In this document: piece after piece, positions 12,835 through 25,847 of the stretch | Numbering within the stretch: position 1 is the stretch's first letter | How the letters are laid out: each line of letters starts with the position of its first letter | From: Octopus bimaculoides | Lineage: Eukaryota | Direction: 5' to 3' | DNA: 61,138 nucleotides | Assembly (NCBI RefSeq): GCF_001194135.2 | Contig: NC_068992.1 | Coordinates: 34,783,121-34,844,258, forward strand | Position numbers and translations under genes: made by a program | Notes under the pieces: model-generated | The model's input: only the letters and a program-made list of their open reading frames with translations | What the model was told of the DNA's origin: nothing | The model's database searches: none

Positions 12835-13268
12835 CTTTAACTCTTTTACTTGTTTCAGTCATTTGACTACGGCTATGCTGGAGCAACACCTTTAGTCGAG
12901 CAAATCGACCCCAGGACTTATTCTTTGTAAGCCTAGTACTTATTCTATCAGTCTCTTTTGCCGAACCACTAAGTTACGGGGATGTAAACACACCAGCATC
13001 AGTTGTCAGGCGATGTTGGTGGGGATAAACACAGACACACAAACACACACACACATATATACAAATACATTTATATGACGGGCTTCTTTCAGTTTCTGTC
13101 TACCAAATCCCCTCACAAGGCTTTGGTCGGCCCGAGGCTATAGTAGAAGACACTTGCCCAAGGTGCCATNNNNNNNNNNGGCTATAGTAGAAGACACTTG
13201 CCCAAGGTGCCATGCATTGGGACTGAATCCAGAACCATGTGGTTGATAAGCAAGCTACTTACCACACT
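12835..13268 (-). mobile_element. tRNA-derived SINE family A, near full length (10-N gap inside)
   Basis: Minus strand begins gtgtggtaagtagcttgcttatcaaccacatggttctggattcagtccc (A/B-box-like head), has an internal (TG)n, and ends gactgaaacaagtaaaagag. Confidence 0.88.
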
Positions 13269-13329
13269 TTCTAACACCACTTTAGACAATGTACTGGGTG
13301 CTATTTTCATAGTGTTAGCACAACTGAGG

Positions 13330-13830
13330 CTGCCATAAAATTTGAAAGACTAAAGAGCCTCTTGACTGTGAGGGAGATGACTTCATGCAAAGTGTTGAGA
13401 GATGCAAAGTGTTGGGAAGAACAAGAACAGATGCATTACTGTCAAGAAGATTCAGAGCTGCCTTGTATTATATAAGTGTGGCGCGAAGTGGATGGAGTGG
13501 TGGCAGAAAGATAAATATAGTAGTAATGAAGTGATAGAACAAACCATCAAGATATGTTCAAGATGGTGAATAGAAGATAATATTGAGAAGAAGGATCAGA
13601 AAGGGTGGGTAAAGGCTGCAAGAATGTGTTTAGGGAGATTGAATGATATATAGAAATAGGAGTGGAAAGAGGTATGAATGAATAAGGGTGGAGATGGTTG
13701 ATGATAAATAAAAGTGGGTAAGACTAGGGTCAGTATAAGGATGGATGTCAATAGATGGTGGATGTGGGGAGTGAGATCGATTGCTGGCAATACAGAAAAT
13801 CTAATGATACATGATGTGAAGAGTTCTCCC
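13330..13830 (+). mobile_element. Heavily decayed LINE (RTE-like) 3' fragment
   Basis: Purine-rich sequence resembling the reverse complement of 35500-36000; no clean motif. Confidence 0.35.
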
Positions 13831-13986
13831 TTCATTAATTACAGCAGCAGAATAATACATTAAATAAAAGAGTGATAGGGAGATGAGAAAAGAGTAGCAG
13901 GTGTGAACTTTAAAGGATATAATGGACAAGGGAACCAGTTTTGTGCATACAAATTATTCTTCGACAAAATCAATTTCAACATATAT

Positions 13987-13987
<1 letters not shown>

Positions 13988-14047
<60 letters not shown>
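13988..14047. repeat. (CA)n microsatellite abutting the Penelope-like element
   Basis: Seen directly. Confidence 0.97.
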
Positions 14048-14053
<6 letters not shown>

Positions 14054-14054
14054 A

Positions 14055-16005
14055 CCCTAGATACTCCTAGATACCCACAGAAAAAAGTTCTCCTCTGTCC
14101 TCTTTGGCCTATACAGGGATGATACCCTAGCCATCTCTAGTGGGGCACTACACAGATTTAGGAAAGACTTAATCAGTACAATGGCCTTCATGGGCTTGAA
14201 GATTACCATAGAGACCAACCTCACACCAGTTGATGTCTTAGATGTCATGCTCAACCTGGGCTCCAGTACTTACAGGCCCTACTGCAGACAAGATGAGAGG
14301 CTGTCATACATAAACACAACATCCTACCACCCATAATACTCAAGAACCTGAGATAAAAGGTATCAGCGAGACGATTTTGAGCCTTTCCTCTAGCCAAGAA
14401 GCCTTCAAGGCTGCCAGCAGGTTTAGGTACCACATCTCCTACATGCCAGAAACCAACAATCCAACAGCTGCAGAAAGAAGTGCCGCAGAAATATGATTTG
14501 ATTTACCCCCCACTCCCTTAGTACAATAACACCCGCAGATAGACTTTTCCTTAAATTAATAGATAAATTAATAGATAAGCATTTCATTAGCTCCCATAGG
14601 TATGGTCCCATATTCAACAGGCACAACGTTAGGGTCTCATTTAGCCTAACCATAATCCTAACATTAACAGCATTTAGTGCCTCTGGGACACAAGAAGACG
14701 TGCGTTGATCATGCAGGATCTGAAGCGGTTGCCCAGTAAGAGGCCGCTGTGAAACCAAAGGGGTCATATACCAAGCTGAGGTTCTAACACGACATGCCTT
14801 TAACACCAGCGGAAACAATAACAGCCACAGACATGAGAACATAGGCAGTAACACGGCCACCATAAATGGCAGCATCACTAACAACAACAGCAGTGACATC
14901 ACCACCACCTTACCAATAACTTCCCTGACGTCCACAATGCCAGGCCTACTGGCCACTATAGTAGTAGTAGCAGAGGCAATGGATTCAGTTTCATCACTGG
15001 CTATAATGGCAACAGCAGCCGAACTGGCAGTAGTGATAGCACTACTGCCACCACCACTACATACTCCACCAGCACTAACAACAACGCCAACAGCCCCGAC
15101 TCCATCAACAATGGCAGCAACTCCAGCAGCAGCGACAACAACAATACCAAAACCAGCAGTAATAATAACGACTGCACCACAGGCAACATGCACAAGGACA
15201 AGAATATGACTGGCACCAACACCACTCCCAGCGACGCCAACACCAGCACCAACAGCAGCAGCCCTAACTCCAACACTGACTACACCTCAAGCAGCATTAG
15301 TGGCAACAGTATCAGCGACAGCAGCAACAACAGTGTCAACAACAACAGCATCTACAACAGCAACAGGTGCAACAACATTACACGTCCACACAAGTATGCA
15401 GGATGTACTGGGAACTCTCTCAAACAACAAATTTCCAATCATCTGTCCTCCTTCGGAGTCTTGGAAAAGAAATACATGACATTGCTGGCCAACCATATCT
15501 AGCAAGTGAGACGAAGTGATTCCATACTCAATCACATGGAAAATACTCAAGAACCCAGGCCCCTACATCAACAAGATGAAATGGTGCAAGTTATGCATTG
15601 CCAAATGCATGAGGATCCTTAAAGACTCACTTGTGCCACGGGGCATCCTGAATTCCAGGATGGAGACTCTCAGATTATGCCTGTATTCTAGAAAATTCCT
15701 GCCGGCTTTTTGTTGGAATCTGCATGGTGGTACCACAGCCAGAAACCAATAGCCAAGATTAAAGGGAGACAATTGTTTACTTTCGTGGTGCTTTGGTGAC
15801 AGTAAGATGGCAGTGCAGCCAAAGATTGGTGGGCAATGGCAAAGGGAGATAATCACCTATGGTTTTACCCTGAAAACAAGGCTTTTCCCCCTCTGTATTT
15901 TAAAGAGGTCTCAGGCCAGCAGTGTTTGGGGTCTGGTGATATGCCATAAGGCTAAACCCATCACGAGCAAGAAACCCAAGGTAACCTCATAAATCAGCCT
16001 ACCCC
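14055..16005 (+). mobile_element. 5'-truncated, degenerate Penelope-like element (RT then C-terminal GIY-YIG endonuclease)
   Basis: FGLYRDDTL (14112-14123), GLKITIETNL.PVDVLDVMLNL..TYRPY, KHF..HRYGPIFNRHNVRVSFS, CRI.SGCPVRGRCETKGVIYQAEV, KYAGCTGNSLKQQISNHLSSF, ITWKILK..PY...CKLC, LNSRME..C. Several stops and frameshifts. Clade not assigned. Confidence 0.88.
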
Positions 16006-16154
16006 ATTATAATATATATATATTCATATATATATATATAAATGACAAATATCAAAGAATGGACTTACCAAATCATTTTAAGACTTCATTTACTATCACT
16101 TCATCTTTACTCAATATAATCAATCTTGCGTAATGCTGTAATAATTCCAGCCAC

Positions 16155-16290
16155 TACTGATTAATGTTTGGCATTAGGAAAGGCATCTGTCTGTAGAAAC
16201 CATGTCAAGGCAGTCAATTGTACTTAGCACAATCCTCTGGCTCATCAGCTCCTGTCAAGCCATCCAATCCATGCCAGCATGGAAAACAGA
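16155..16290 (+). mobile_element. Short RTE-type 3' tail
   Basis: ggcattaggaaaggcatc...ccatgccagcatggaaaacagaagttaaa..gatgatga parallels the 2090-2237 tail. Confidence 0.7.
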
Positions 16291-16574
16291 AGTTAAATTT
16301 TGATGATGAGGGTTATATACCCAAACTCACTGCATATGACACACTTTTACATGCTTTTCATCTATCAAACTCCATTCACAATATATTATATAGCCTGAAA
16401 TATAATAGAATAGCACTATGCAATAAGATCAAACCTGACATCAGAAGTAATACAGCTTTATCTTTGAAACATGCAACTGTTGTCTGAAGGGGTTTCTTTT
16501 TTTTTAGTGTTTTTCAGAATACACTTTACTTTAGCAGCATATACTTATATATAATCTCTACATTAATAATATTT

Positions 16575-16740
16575 TTTAATTTAGTCACAAGGTCAGCAGT
16601 TTTGCGGGGAAAGTGTTAGTTGATTAAACCAACTCCTTGTACTTAATACTTGACTGCTACTTTATTTTATTGACCCCTGGAAAGTGAAAGGCAAAGTTTA
16701 ACTCAGCAGGATTTGAACTCAGAATGTAAAGGACAATAAC
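16575..16740 (-). mobile_element. SINE family B (diverged)
   Basis: Reverse complement of ctgagttcaaat...actttgcctttca...ggggtc.ataa motif. Confidence 0.65.
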
Positions 16741-17682
16741 TGTCATCCAATTTCAATATGGTGTGGGAATCTTGTGTTAATTTGATGAACAAGATAGAGA
16801 ACTACAAAAGAGTTAAAGAATAGATAAAAAAAAAAAAGAATAAGGCATATGTTCCAATGAGATGAGGAGAGTGAGGTTTAAGTGTTCACAGATTGGAGAA
16901 GTGACAAAGATGAAGTTAATAAAAAAAATAATAAAATATTGCTTATATTCCATGCAAAAATGTAGGTGGCATCAACAATTCTGCTTGCTGATAGAGTTTA
17001 CTCTGGAGATTGTCATCGATTGAAGAAGTATAATATTCTTCATAACCTTCTAAATTGAGGGAGGAGAATTTTCCTCTAAAGAATGCTGTTAATGACATCT
17101 ATTAAAACTTAATATATAATTTTCCTTTCCCCGTCTCTTTTATAAATCTCAAGCATTATTACTCTTTAAGACTTATTTTATCAATATTTGTAAACTTGGT
17201 GTGAACTGTAAAAAAAAATTTATTCTCATCCTACATAACTTTAATAAGTAATGCAATCTATAAATAAGGGAAAATAGGCAATTATATAGTTGTAGCTTAC
17301 TTTTCAACTATGCTAACACAATTCAGAAAACAAAAATATCTTTGCGAGGAAAAAAATTTTTAACTTTACAAGAGACTACTTAAAAATAACTGTCAATGGA
17401 AATTAAAAAGAGGTAATAAAATTTCATTGACAAGGAATAAAAATAAATTTTAAATTAGAAAAAAATGAAAGCACAACATAAATAACAAAACTCACAAACT
17501 CTAAACTATATAGTGAGAATCATACATAAATGAATGCTTGTTCCTGAGCTAATAACAAATTGCTTAAAATGTCTGATTACATTTACAGTTAATATTCAGA
17601 ACAACATATGGTTCAGCTGACCTCATCAGCTAGTTATTTTTTCTTACTACCACTTTACACACATACTCCATACACATACACA

Positions 17683-17720
<38 letters not shown>

Positions 17721-19029
17721 TATATGTATACATAGCAAGAAAGAGAGTAATAATCAGTTCTCAAAATTTTTTAACACTTTCCAGATTAAAAAAAATATAT
17801 ATTTCTTATCAATTTGCATAACATCTGAAATGAAAATATTTATACAAATCAGAATGATTCAGGAAAATGTTTAAATACACATGAGAAATCAAGTGATACA
17901 TAAAAAAATACTTAACTAACTAAATGAATCCTTAAATTAATAAATACAGCCATTCTGTTCAGAATTTTGAGGGACAATATCATCATCATCATCATTGAAC
18001 TCACTATTACATCCAAAATAAACATCATCACGAAAGATATTTCTATTTTATTGCATTTGACTTCATTTTAAAACTATTGAATCAAAGTAAAGATAAGAGT
18101 GCTAACTGCACCAAATTCAGCACTCAAGTAGAAATATGGACAAACATGTGCTGAATTCCATCAAGTGAGTTTATTTTCACCTTTAACAATGTATTTATTA
18201 TCTTTTTTGTTTTTTAAATAATTTGTTTCACTTATGTGTGCATATGTGTGCTTGTGAACAGATCTGTGTGAGAATAGAAATATTTTATTTTCTATTTTTC
18301 TTGTACTAAAGCAGCACTATCAATAGTGTTTAACTGCTAAATATTATTCAAAATTTTAGATTTCTTATATATTTCCTATGAATAGTGTTTAACTGCTGAA
18401 TATTACTTCAAATTTTAGGCAGCAAAACAGTTATTGAAAAGGAAAAGGAAAAATAAAAATTAAACACTAACATGTTGAAACTAAATTTCCATATATTAAA
18501 TATGGGATTTGATTATTTTTCCATGTCTTTTCTTTTTCTTTTATTTCATATCTTGTATATAATAAATTACCAATATTCTTAATTATTTGAGCAGGTTTGT
18601 TAAAATACAAAATATGATTTTCTTATATATGTAATGACCTTCAGGTTCAGGTACAGAATTCATGGCCATGAATTAAAATGGTATCGTCACTGTAGTGTTG
18701 TCCTAGTGGGCAATGTACATGACTATTATTTCAATTTAGTTGTCTGGTAACTGTTACTACTTCTACTTCAAATCAGAAGAGTTAACAGAGATGAATATGT
18801 AAATGTAATAACAATTGCTCCAGTAACATCTTTCTTTGTGGAAATCATTCTAGTTATCCTAGCAATAAAGGTAAATTCTAGCATAAAAGGTAAATATCAA
18901 ACAATATTAAAATCTTTGTAGACTAGTGAACATTGAATGAGTTTCATCACTATTTAAATTTGTTGTGTGTGGCTGTTACAGCAAAAATTAAAGTAGTGAA
19001 CTGTCCTTAAAATTTTAGACAGAACACAG

Positions 19030-19140
19030 CATGGTATTTGTTTTGAATCTTTGCTTTCAGAGTTCAAACGTCATCTATATTAAGTTTGCCTTTCATCCTT
19101 TTTTTTTGTGGTGGTAGTGGGGTTGGGGGTTAATAGAAAA
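19030..19140 (+). mobile_element. SINE family B fragment
   Basis: cagagttcaaac...aagtttgcctttcatcc motif. Confidence 0.55.
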
Positions 19141-20612
19141 TTGCTCTAATCCAGGCTGATTGACTGGCAGATGATATGATCTTCAGACAAGATAATATGT
19201 TGTATCTGATCGAGCTCTTTGCATTTGGACAGTAGTGTTGTGATAACATAACCACTGCTAAGCTGTGTTGGTCTTTACCTTATCTTTCTCTTTGAAAACA
19301 TTGATGGCATAGAGAGAGGAGACTTGCATGCATGAACAACTATCAATATTCCGCAAAATAAACCTTGTCCAGGTCTGCACATACAAGTGCAGATACTACA
19401 TCAACCCTTTTGGACAGAAAGCAGAAGACAAACAAAAATTATAGATTTCCTTCACCCACAATTTCTAGGATGTTCATAGGAGTAGAATCCTCAAGCACCC
19501 CTCCTCCATATGGTCCTCTCTGAAGTAACCTTCATTAAACTTTCTGGCTGGATTTCTAAGCATGACCAATTGAGACAATGGATATCATTAAGCTGTGACG
19601 TTGTTAGTTTACTCCTAGGTCTCCTGCTAGTTGGCTAGGCTTGTAAAATCTATTTTGCAATTCTTTCCTGTAACCTTCTAGGTCTTCTGCTGGTTGGCTC
19701 ACGTTGCTATTCTTCCCTGCAACCTTCTATTCATATGTTCATGGCACCAGAGTTCTCTCAATATGGGAGAAGTAGCCCCTGATCTCCAAGCTACCCACTC
19801 TGCTAGTTTTTGTTACTCAGCGATTGAGTTACAAAAGCTAAAAGATATTAAATCAATTCAGAGACATAGTCCTCTTAAAAACAGTAGCTATGTATGGTAA
19901 ACTTAAGTTATTATTAAATATCTAATTAGAAAATACTTGTGCAGTGAACTAAAGATATCATTGAATGACTAATAATATTTTTGGTTTTCTACAGGATAAT
20001 ATTTTAGTCATGTGATTCCATAGGCAAGCAAAGCTTTCACTGTACTTGTGAAAGAATTCATGGGAATATCATTGAGTGAATCAAAAAGATTATACATTGG
20101 CTGGTACGAGGTAATAAAAATGTTTGCAAATTGAACAATGCAGAAATATCATCTCGATGAAAAACAATAGATAAATTAGTATTTATAGATCATACAAGAA
20201 AATGCAAAAAGCAAAATTTAAGAGATGCAGTTAGAATGATATTAAATCAAATTTTGAGCTGTCTTTCATATATGCCAGAAATATGAAACGTTTTTTTTTT
20301 TTAAATACAAAAGCTTCATTGATTAAATAACTTAATATTAACTTGAAAAATTTCTGATTTACTCAATGCTCTACAACTAAGGATTTCGCAATTAATTTCA
20401 ATTAAAAAAGTGACGTATTTGTAACTTGTATGCAGGCATAGTTACTGAAACTTGACAGAATCATTGCTATTGGTTTGATTCTACAGTATTGCATCTTGGA
20501 CAATTAACTTCTACTACAGCATCGAATTGACCAAGTTTTTTATGAGTCTGAGTCTGCAAATACAATATCAAAAATATAAGTCCTTTCTGTGAGTGGATAT
20601 ATATAGATATAT

Positions 20613-21015
20613 ATTCTTTTACTTGTTTAAGTCATTTGACTGCCACCATGCTGGAGCACCACCTTTAGTCAGGTAAATCGACTCCAGGACTTATTCTTTG
20701 TAAGCTTAGTACTTATTCTATCAGTCTCTTTTGCTGAACCACTAAGTTATAGGGACGTAAACATCGGTTGTTGAGCGATAGTGGGGGGACAAGCACAGTC
20801 ACACAAGCATACACACACATAAACACACACACACACACATATATATATATATGACGGGCTTCTTTCAATTTCTGTCTACCAAATCCACTCACAAGGCTTT
20901 GGTCATGCCGAGGCTATAATAGAAGACACTTGCCCAAGGTGCCATGCAGTGGGGCTGAACCAAAAACCATGTGGTTGGTAAACAAGCTACATACCACACA
21001 GCAACTCCTGCACTT
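20613..21015 (-). mobile_element. tRNA-derived SINE family A, full length
   Basis: Same modular layout as 12835-13268; minus-strand head gtgtggtatgtagcttgtttaccaaccacatggtttttggttcagcccc. Confidence 0.88.
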
Positions 21016-21044
21016 ATATATATATATATATATATATATATACC

Positions 21045-23510
21045 ATCATCATCATCATCATTTAACGTCCGCTTTCCATGCTAGCATGGGTTTGACGATT
21101 TAACTGAGGACTGGTGAATCAGATGGCTGCACCAGGCTCCAATCTGATCTGGCAGAGTTTCTACAGTTGGATGCCCTTCCTGACGCCAACCACTCTGAGT
21201 GTGTAGTGGGTGCTTTTACATGCCACCGGCTCAAGGGCCAGTCAGGTGGTACTGGCAACGGCCACGCTCAAATGGTGTTGTTTACATGTCACCTGTACAG
21301 GAGCCAGTCCAACGGCACTGGCAATGACCTCGCTGGAATATTTTTTCATGTGCCACCAGCACAAGTGCCATAAGGCAAGCTGGTAACGATCATGTTCGAA
21401 TGGTGCTATTTATGTGCCACCAGAACTGAAGCCAGTCAGTTGCTCTGGCAACGATCATGCTCGTATGGTACACTTAGCGCCCCACTAGCATGGATGCCAG
21501 TCATCAAATTTTATTTCGATTTTGATTTCAATTGCTTCAACAGGTCTTTGCAAGCAGAGTTTAGGGTCCAATGAAGGAAAATTACACATAAGTGGGCTGG
21601 TTACACTCCTGGCACAGGCCACTGGTTATGGTCTCACTTGGCTTGCCAGGTCTTCTCAAGCACAGCATATTTCCAAAGGTCTCGGTCACAAGTCATTGCA
21701 TCGGTGAGGCCCAATGTTCGAAGGTCGTGCCTCACCACCTCATCCCAGGTCTTCCTGGGTCTACCTCTTCCACAGGTTCCCTCAACTGCTAGGGTGTGGC
21801 ACTTTTTCACACAGCTATCCTCATTCATTCTTGCCACATGACCATACCAGCGCAATTGTCTCTCTTGCACACTACNNNNNNNNNNGTCTCGGTCACAAGT
21901 CATTGCATCGGTGAGGCCCAATGTTCGAAGGTCGTGCCTCACCACCTCATCCCAGGTCTTCCTGGGTCTACCTCTTCCACAGGTTCCCTCAACTGCTAGG
22001 GTGTGGCACTTTTTCACACAGCTATCCTCATTCATTCTTGCCACATGACCATACCAGCGCAATTGTCTCTCTTGCACACTACAACTGATGCTTCTTAGGT
22101 CCAACTTTTCTCTCAAGGTACTTACACTCTGTTGAGTCTGCACACTGACGTTACACATCCATCAGAGCATACTGGCGTCATTCCTTGCGAGCTTACGCAT
22201 GTCCTCAGCAGTCACGGCCCATTTTCACTGCTATGTAGCATAGCTGTTCGTACACATGCATCATACAGTCTGGCTTTTACTCTGAGTGAGAGGCCCTTTG
22301 TCACCAGCAGAGGTAAGAGCTCTCTGAACTTTGCCCAGGCTATTCTTATTCTAGCAGCTACACTTTCAGCACGCCCTCCCCCACTACTAACTTGGTCACC
22401 CATATAGCGGAAGCTATCAACCACTTCTAGGTTTTCACCCTGGAATGTGGCAGAAGTTGTTTTTTTCATATTTACAGTGTTTATAGCTCCTAAACATCTG
22501 CCACATACAAAAACTAACTTCCTAGTTAACCTGTCTTTGATATTGCTGCACCTCTTATGTGTCCATAGCTTGCACTGGGTACATCTTATAAAGTTTCTAC
22601 CTACACCTTTTCTACAGATCGAGCAGGGCCATCTACCTGAAAGGGTTTGTGTTTTGTCTACCTTCCTACTTATTAGGATTATGGTTTTAGCTAGGTTGAC
22701 TCTAAGGCCCTTTGACCCCCTTTGATTCTATACACCTGGAACTTCTCTAGTTCTGATAGTGACTCAGCAATGAGTGCAAGGTCATTGGCATAGAGGAGCT
22801 CCCAGGGGCATCCTGTCTTGAATTCCTCTGTTATCGCCTGGAGGACTATGATAAATAGGAGGGGACTGAGGACAGAACCTTGGTGGACCCCTACCTCTAC
22901 CCGGAATTCTTCACTGTACTCATTGCCAACCTTCACCTTACTGACAGCGTCTCTGTACATGGCTTGCACAGCTCTCACTAACCATTCTTCTATCCCTAGT
23001 TTCCTCATTGACCACCAGATAAGGGATCAGGGGACCCTGTCAAAGGCTTTCTCCATGCCAATGAAAGCCAGGTATAGAGGCTTATCTTTGGCTAGGTATT
23101 TCTCCTGCAGCTCTCTTACCAGAAATATAGCATCAGTGGTGCTTTTCCCTGGCATGAACCCAAACTGCATCTCATCTAAACTGACTCACTTCCTAATTAG
23201 TTGGGCTATGACCCTCTCTGTGACTTTCATTACCTGATCTAACAACTTGATACCTCTGTAATTATTTGTATCTAAAGCGTCACCTTTACCTCTATAACAG
23301 TTGACTATGGTGCTGCTACACCAGTCATTGGGTATTGCTCCTTCGTGTATCACCTTGTTAACAATGCAGGTGACTAGGCTATAGCCAACACTGCCAGATA
23401 TTTTGAGCATCTCTGCAGTGATTCCTGATGGGCCGGGGACTTTCCCTGTCTTCATACTCTTAATTGCTTTATCTACCATGGTGCTGTCAACTCGGATAGC
23501 TGGTCTCTGT
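21045..23510 (-). mobile_element. 5'-truncated inactive RTE LINE (RT core plus 3' UTR)
   Basis: KVPGPSGITAEMLK, NNYRGIKLL, GVHQGSVLSPLLF, LLYANDL (YADD mutated), SFRYMGDQVSSGGG, RQLRWYGHVARM, GRGRPRKTW. Stops and frameshifts; (GAT)n tail at 21045-21061. Confidence 0.95.
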
Positions 23511-23522
23511 GTATGTATATGC

Positions 23523-23700
23523 ATATCATCATCATCATTTAACGTCCCTTTTCGAGACTGGCATGGGTTGGACGGTTTGCCAGGGGCCAACAAGCCAGGG
23601 GCTACGTCTAGCACCTCATGGGAGCATGGTTTTAATGACTGGATGTCATTCCTAACACCATTACTTTACAGCGTGGATTGAGTGGTTTGACGTGGCACAA
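23523..23700 (-). mobile_element. Separate short RTE-type 3' tail of another subfamily
   Basis: catcatcatcatttaacgtcccttttcgagactggcatgggttggacgg, abutting the truncated 5' end of the long LINE. Confidence 0.75.
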
Positions 23701-23755
23701 CACAGTAGCAGTTTCAACAGTCCAAGTTGACTGGGAACCTAAAGCCAGCCCTGTA

Positions 23756-23814
<59 letters not shown>

Positions 23815-23818
<4 letters not shown>

Positions 23819-25816
23819 CAAAGATACCCAGTGTTGCTTGGGATTAATAATGGCATAGTTTGTACATATGTATTACAGTTATGTTGAAACAGTTGATATG
23901 GGAAAGTGCAGCATTAATGACAAAACATTTGTGGAGTAAATTTTAAAGCTTTGCATAAACGACAGTTTGGGTTTAGGACACCAGTTTGGGTTTAGGACAC
24001 CAGTTTGGACAGAATTATCATTTTCTTAAGGATAGAATAAATCATATCTGAAACAGCTCCAGGTTTTGTAAAGAACGAATTCGTGCGTGGTCTGTTTCTG
24101 AGAGCTATTCTACTGGACCTCTGTGAAATCTGTTGAGTTAAACGTTTTTATGATTCAGAATTAAATGCTGCAGCATACCTTTGCTGATCTTGAGAAAGTT
24201 TCATCACCCTTCTCTCTTGAAATTCCATCTGACGTGCTGCAGCATGCTTTGCTGATCTCGAGAAAGTCCTATGTCCCTTATCTCTTGAAACTCTCGCCTT
24301 CGGTTTTCTGCATTCCTTCTTGCTTTATCGGTATTACTGGAGAGATTACATTTTTTCTTTGGTGGTATATTTTTCAATATTTTAAATCAAAAATTATGAA
24401 CATAGAAAAAACATACATTAATCTCTAATTTTGTAAGCAGTTGTATGCATGTAGTATGTCTGTATTTTGTATGCAGTGTAAAGTAACCAAATATAAGCAA
24501 ATTGTAACTACCTTGCAACCTTACAACTGCTGCGATAATTATGAACTGTTAATTGAATGGTAGATGTGTATTTTGATATACCTTGGACTTGCCACCTAAT
24601 TGTTTTTTGTCAAGAATTTCACTTCCAGTCGTTCTCGTAACATTTGTATATGTATGTGTAGATATATGTGTGTGTGTTTAATAATGTACATAACGAATGC
24701 ACAAACACACATACTCACAGACACATACACGTTTATATACAGAATGTGATGATACACGCACATACACTCTCATTTGTGAGAGTGTATGTGTTACATATAG
24801 TAGTAAGAGAGACATACACAGGCATACATTCACGCATGTCAGTGGTCACATATGTGTATGTATGTGCAGATGTGTGTGTATGTTGAATAATGTACCTAAC
24901 GCAGAAACACACTCACACACTCAGACATGTACACTCATATACTGACAGCCACATACACACTCACATACAAAATGTGATGTCGTTGTCATGTTATAAAATA
25001 TCCTTACAACAGTTGACTATAGAAAAATTACTTCTATTAAAGGTTATATCGTTTTAATGGTAATGAAAAAATTACATTTTGACACTCGTAGGATGCGATA
25101 CCTTGTAAAATTTGATTTGATTTGGCAGAGCTGTTTGAGAATACATTAGGAACAGACAGAAAGATAGACAGTCAAAGAATTCTATATATATATAGATGAC
25201 AATAGTAAATGAGTTGCATGTGTTATTTTATATATCAATACAGTAATGGCAATTATATTAGGCACAAAACATTGGTTGGCATGGAGCTGTAATGAAAGAG
25301 AATTTTCCAACGTGCTGGACAGTGGGACTGAACCCAAGGTGACATGGTTGGAAAGCAAGTTTCTCAACCACACAGCCATGCCTATAAAGGAGACATACAT
25401 TTTGGATAATATACTCCCTGATACAATATGTTTAACAAAAAGATGGGATGTTTACAGCAAAAATACCTTTGATTTTAATATTTACTCAACCAATGCAACA
25501 ACTAACAAAGCTACACTATACTTGGTATTCCAGAATGAACTATCTGTTTTTAAAACAATTGACAAAAATTGTAAAATTATAAACAAAATTCAAAATTTAT
25601 ACACTTTTAACACATATTAAACATGATAAACATAAATAAAAGAGAGTTTAAAAACGAAATTATACATTAATCTCTATTTTTGTAAGCAATTGTATGTTTT
25701 TATTTTTGTATGCAGTGTAAATGAACCAAATATAAGAAAATTGACCAAATAGAAACACATGTATGAACTGCTAAGTTAATGGTAAATGCCACAATGATTA
25801 TTATCGATAAATTTCT

Positions 25817-25847
<31 letters not shown>

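Noticed and set aside
13136-13213. Exact 34-bp tandem duplication in a SINE
   Set aside because: Same 10-N gap overlap artefact
14705-14725. In-frame TGA codons in the Cys-rich PLE linker read as selenocysteine (selenoprotein PLEs are known)
   Set aside because: TGA also replaces the conserved Trp of IWFNPP, a TAA and frameshifts occur nearby, and no SECIS was recognised; ordinary decay
14423-15276. Long hydrophobic minus-strand ORFs (256 aa, 91 aa)
   Set aside because: Antisense readings of the AAC/AGC-rich PLE insert
17930-18040. Acidic minus-strand frame FRDDVYFGCNSEFNDDDDD
   Set aside because: Driven by a (CAT)n repeat; poor acceptor
20024-20110. Isolated plus-strand exon candidates (ASKAFTVLVKEFMG...; also 29872-29927 VPSHIDEIDAAEVIIGER)
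   Set aside because: No recognisable homology or consistent chain; expected by chance in 61 kb
21679-22082. Exact 197-bp tandem duplication in the LINE
   Set aside because: Identical copies flank a 10-N gap; unmerged contig overlap
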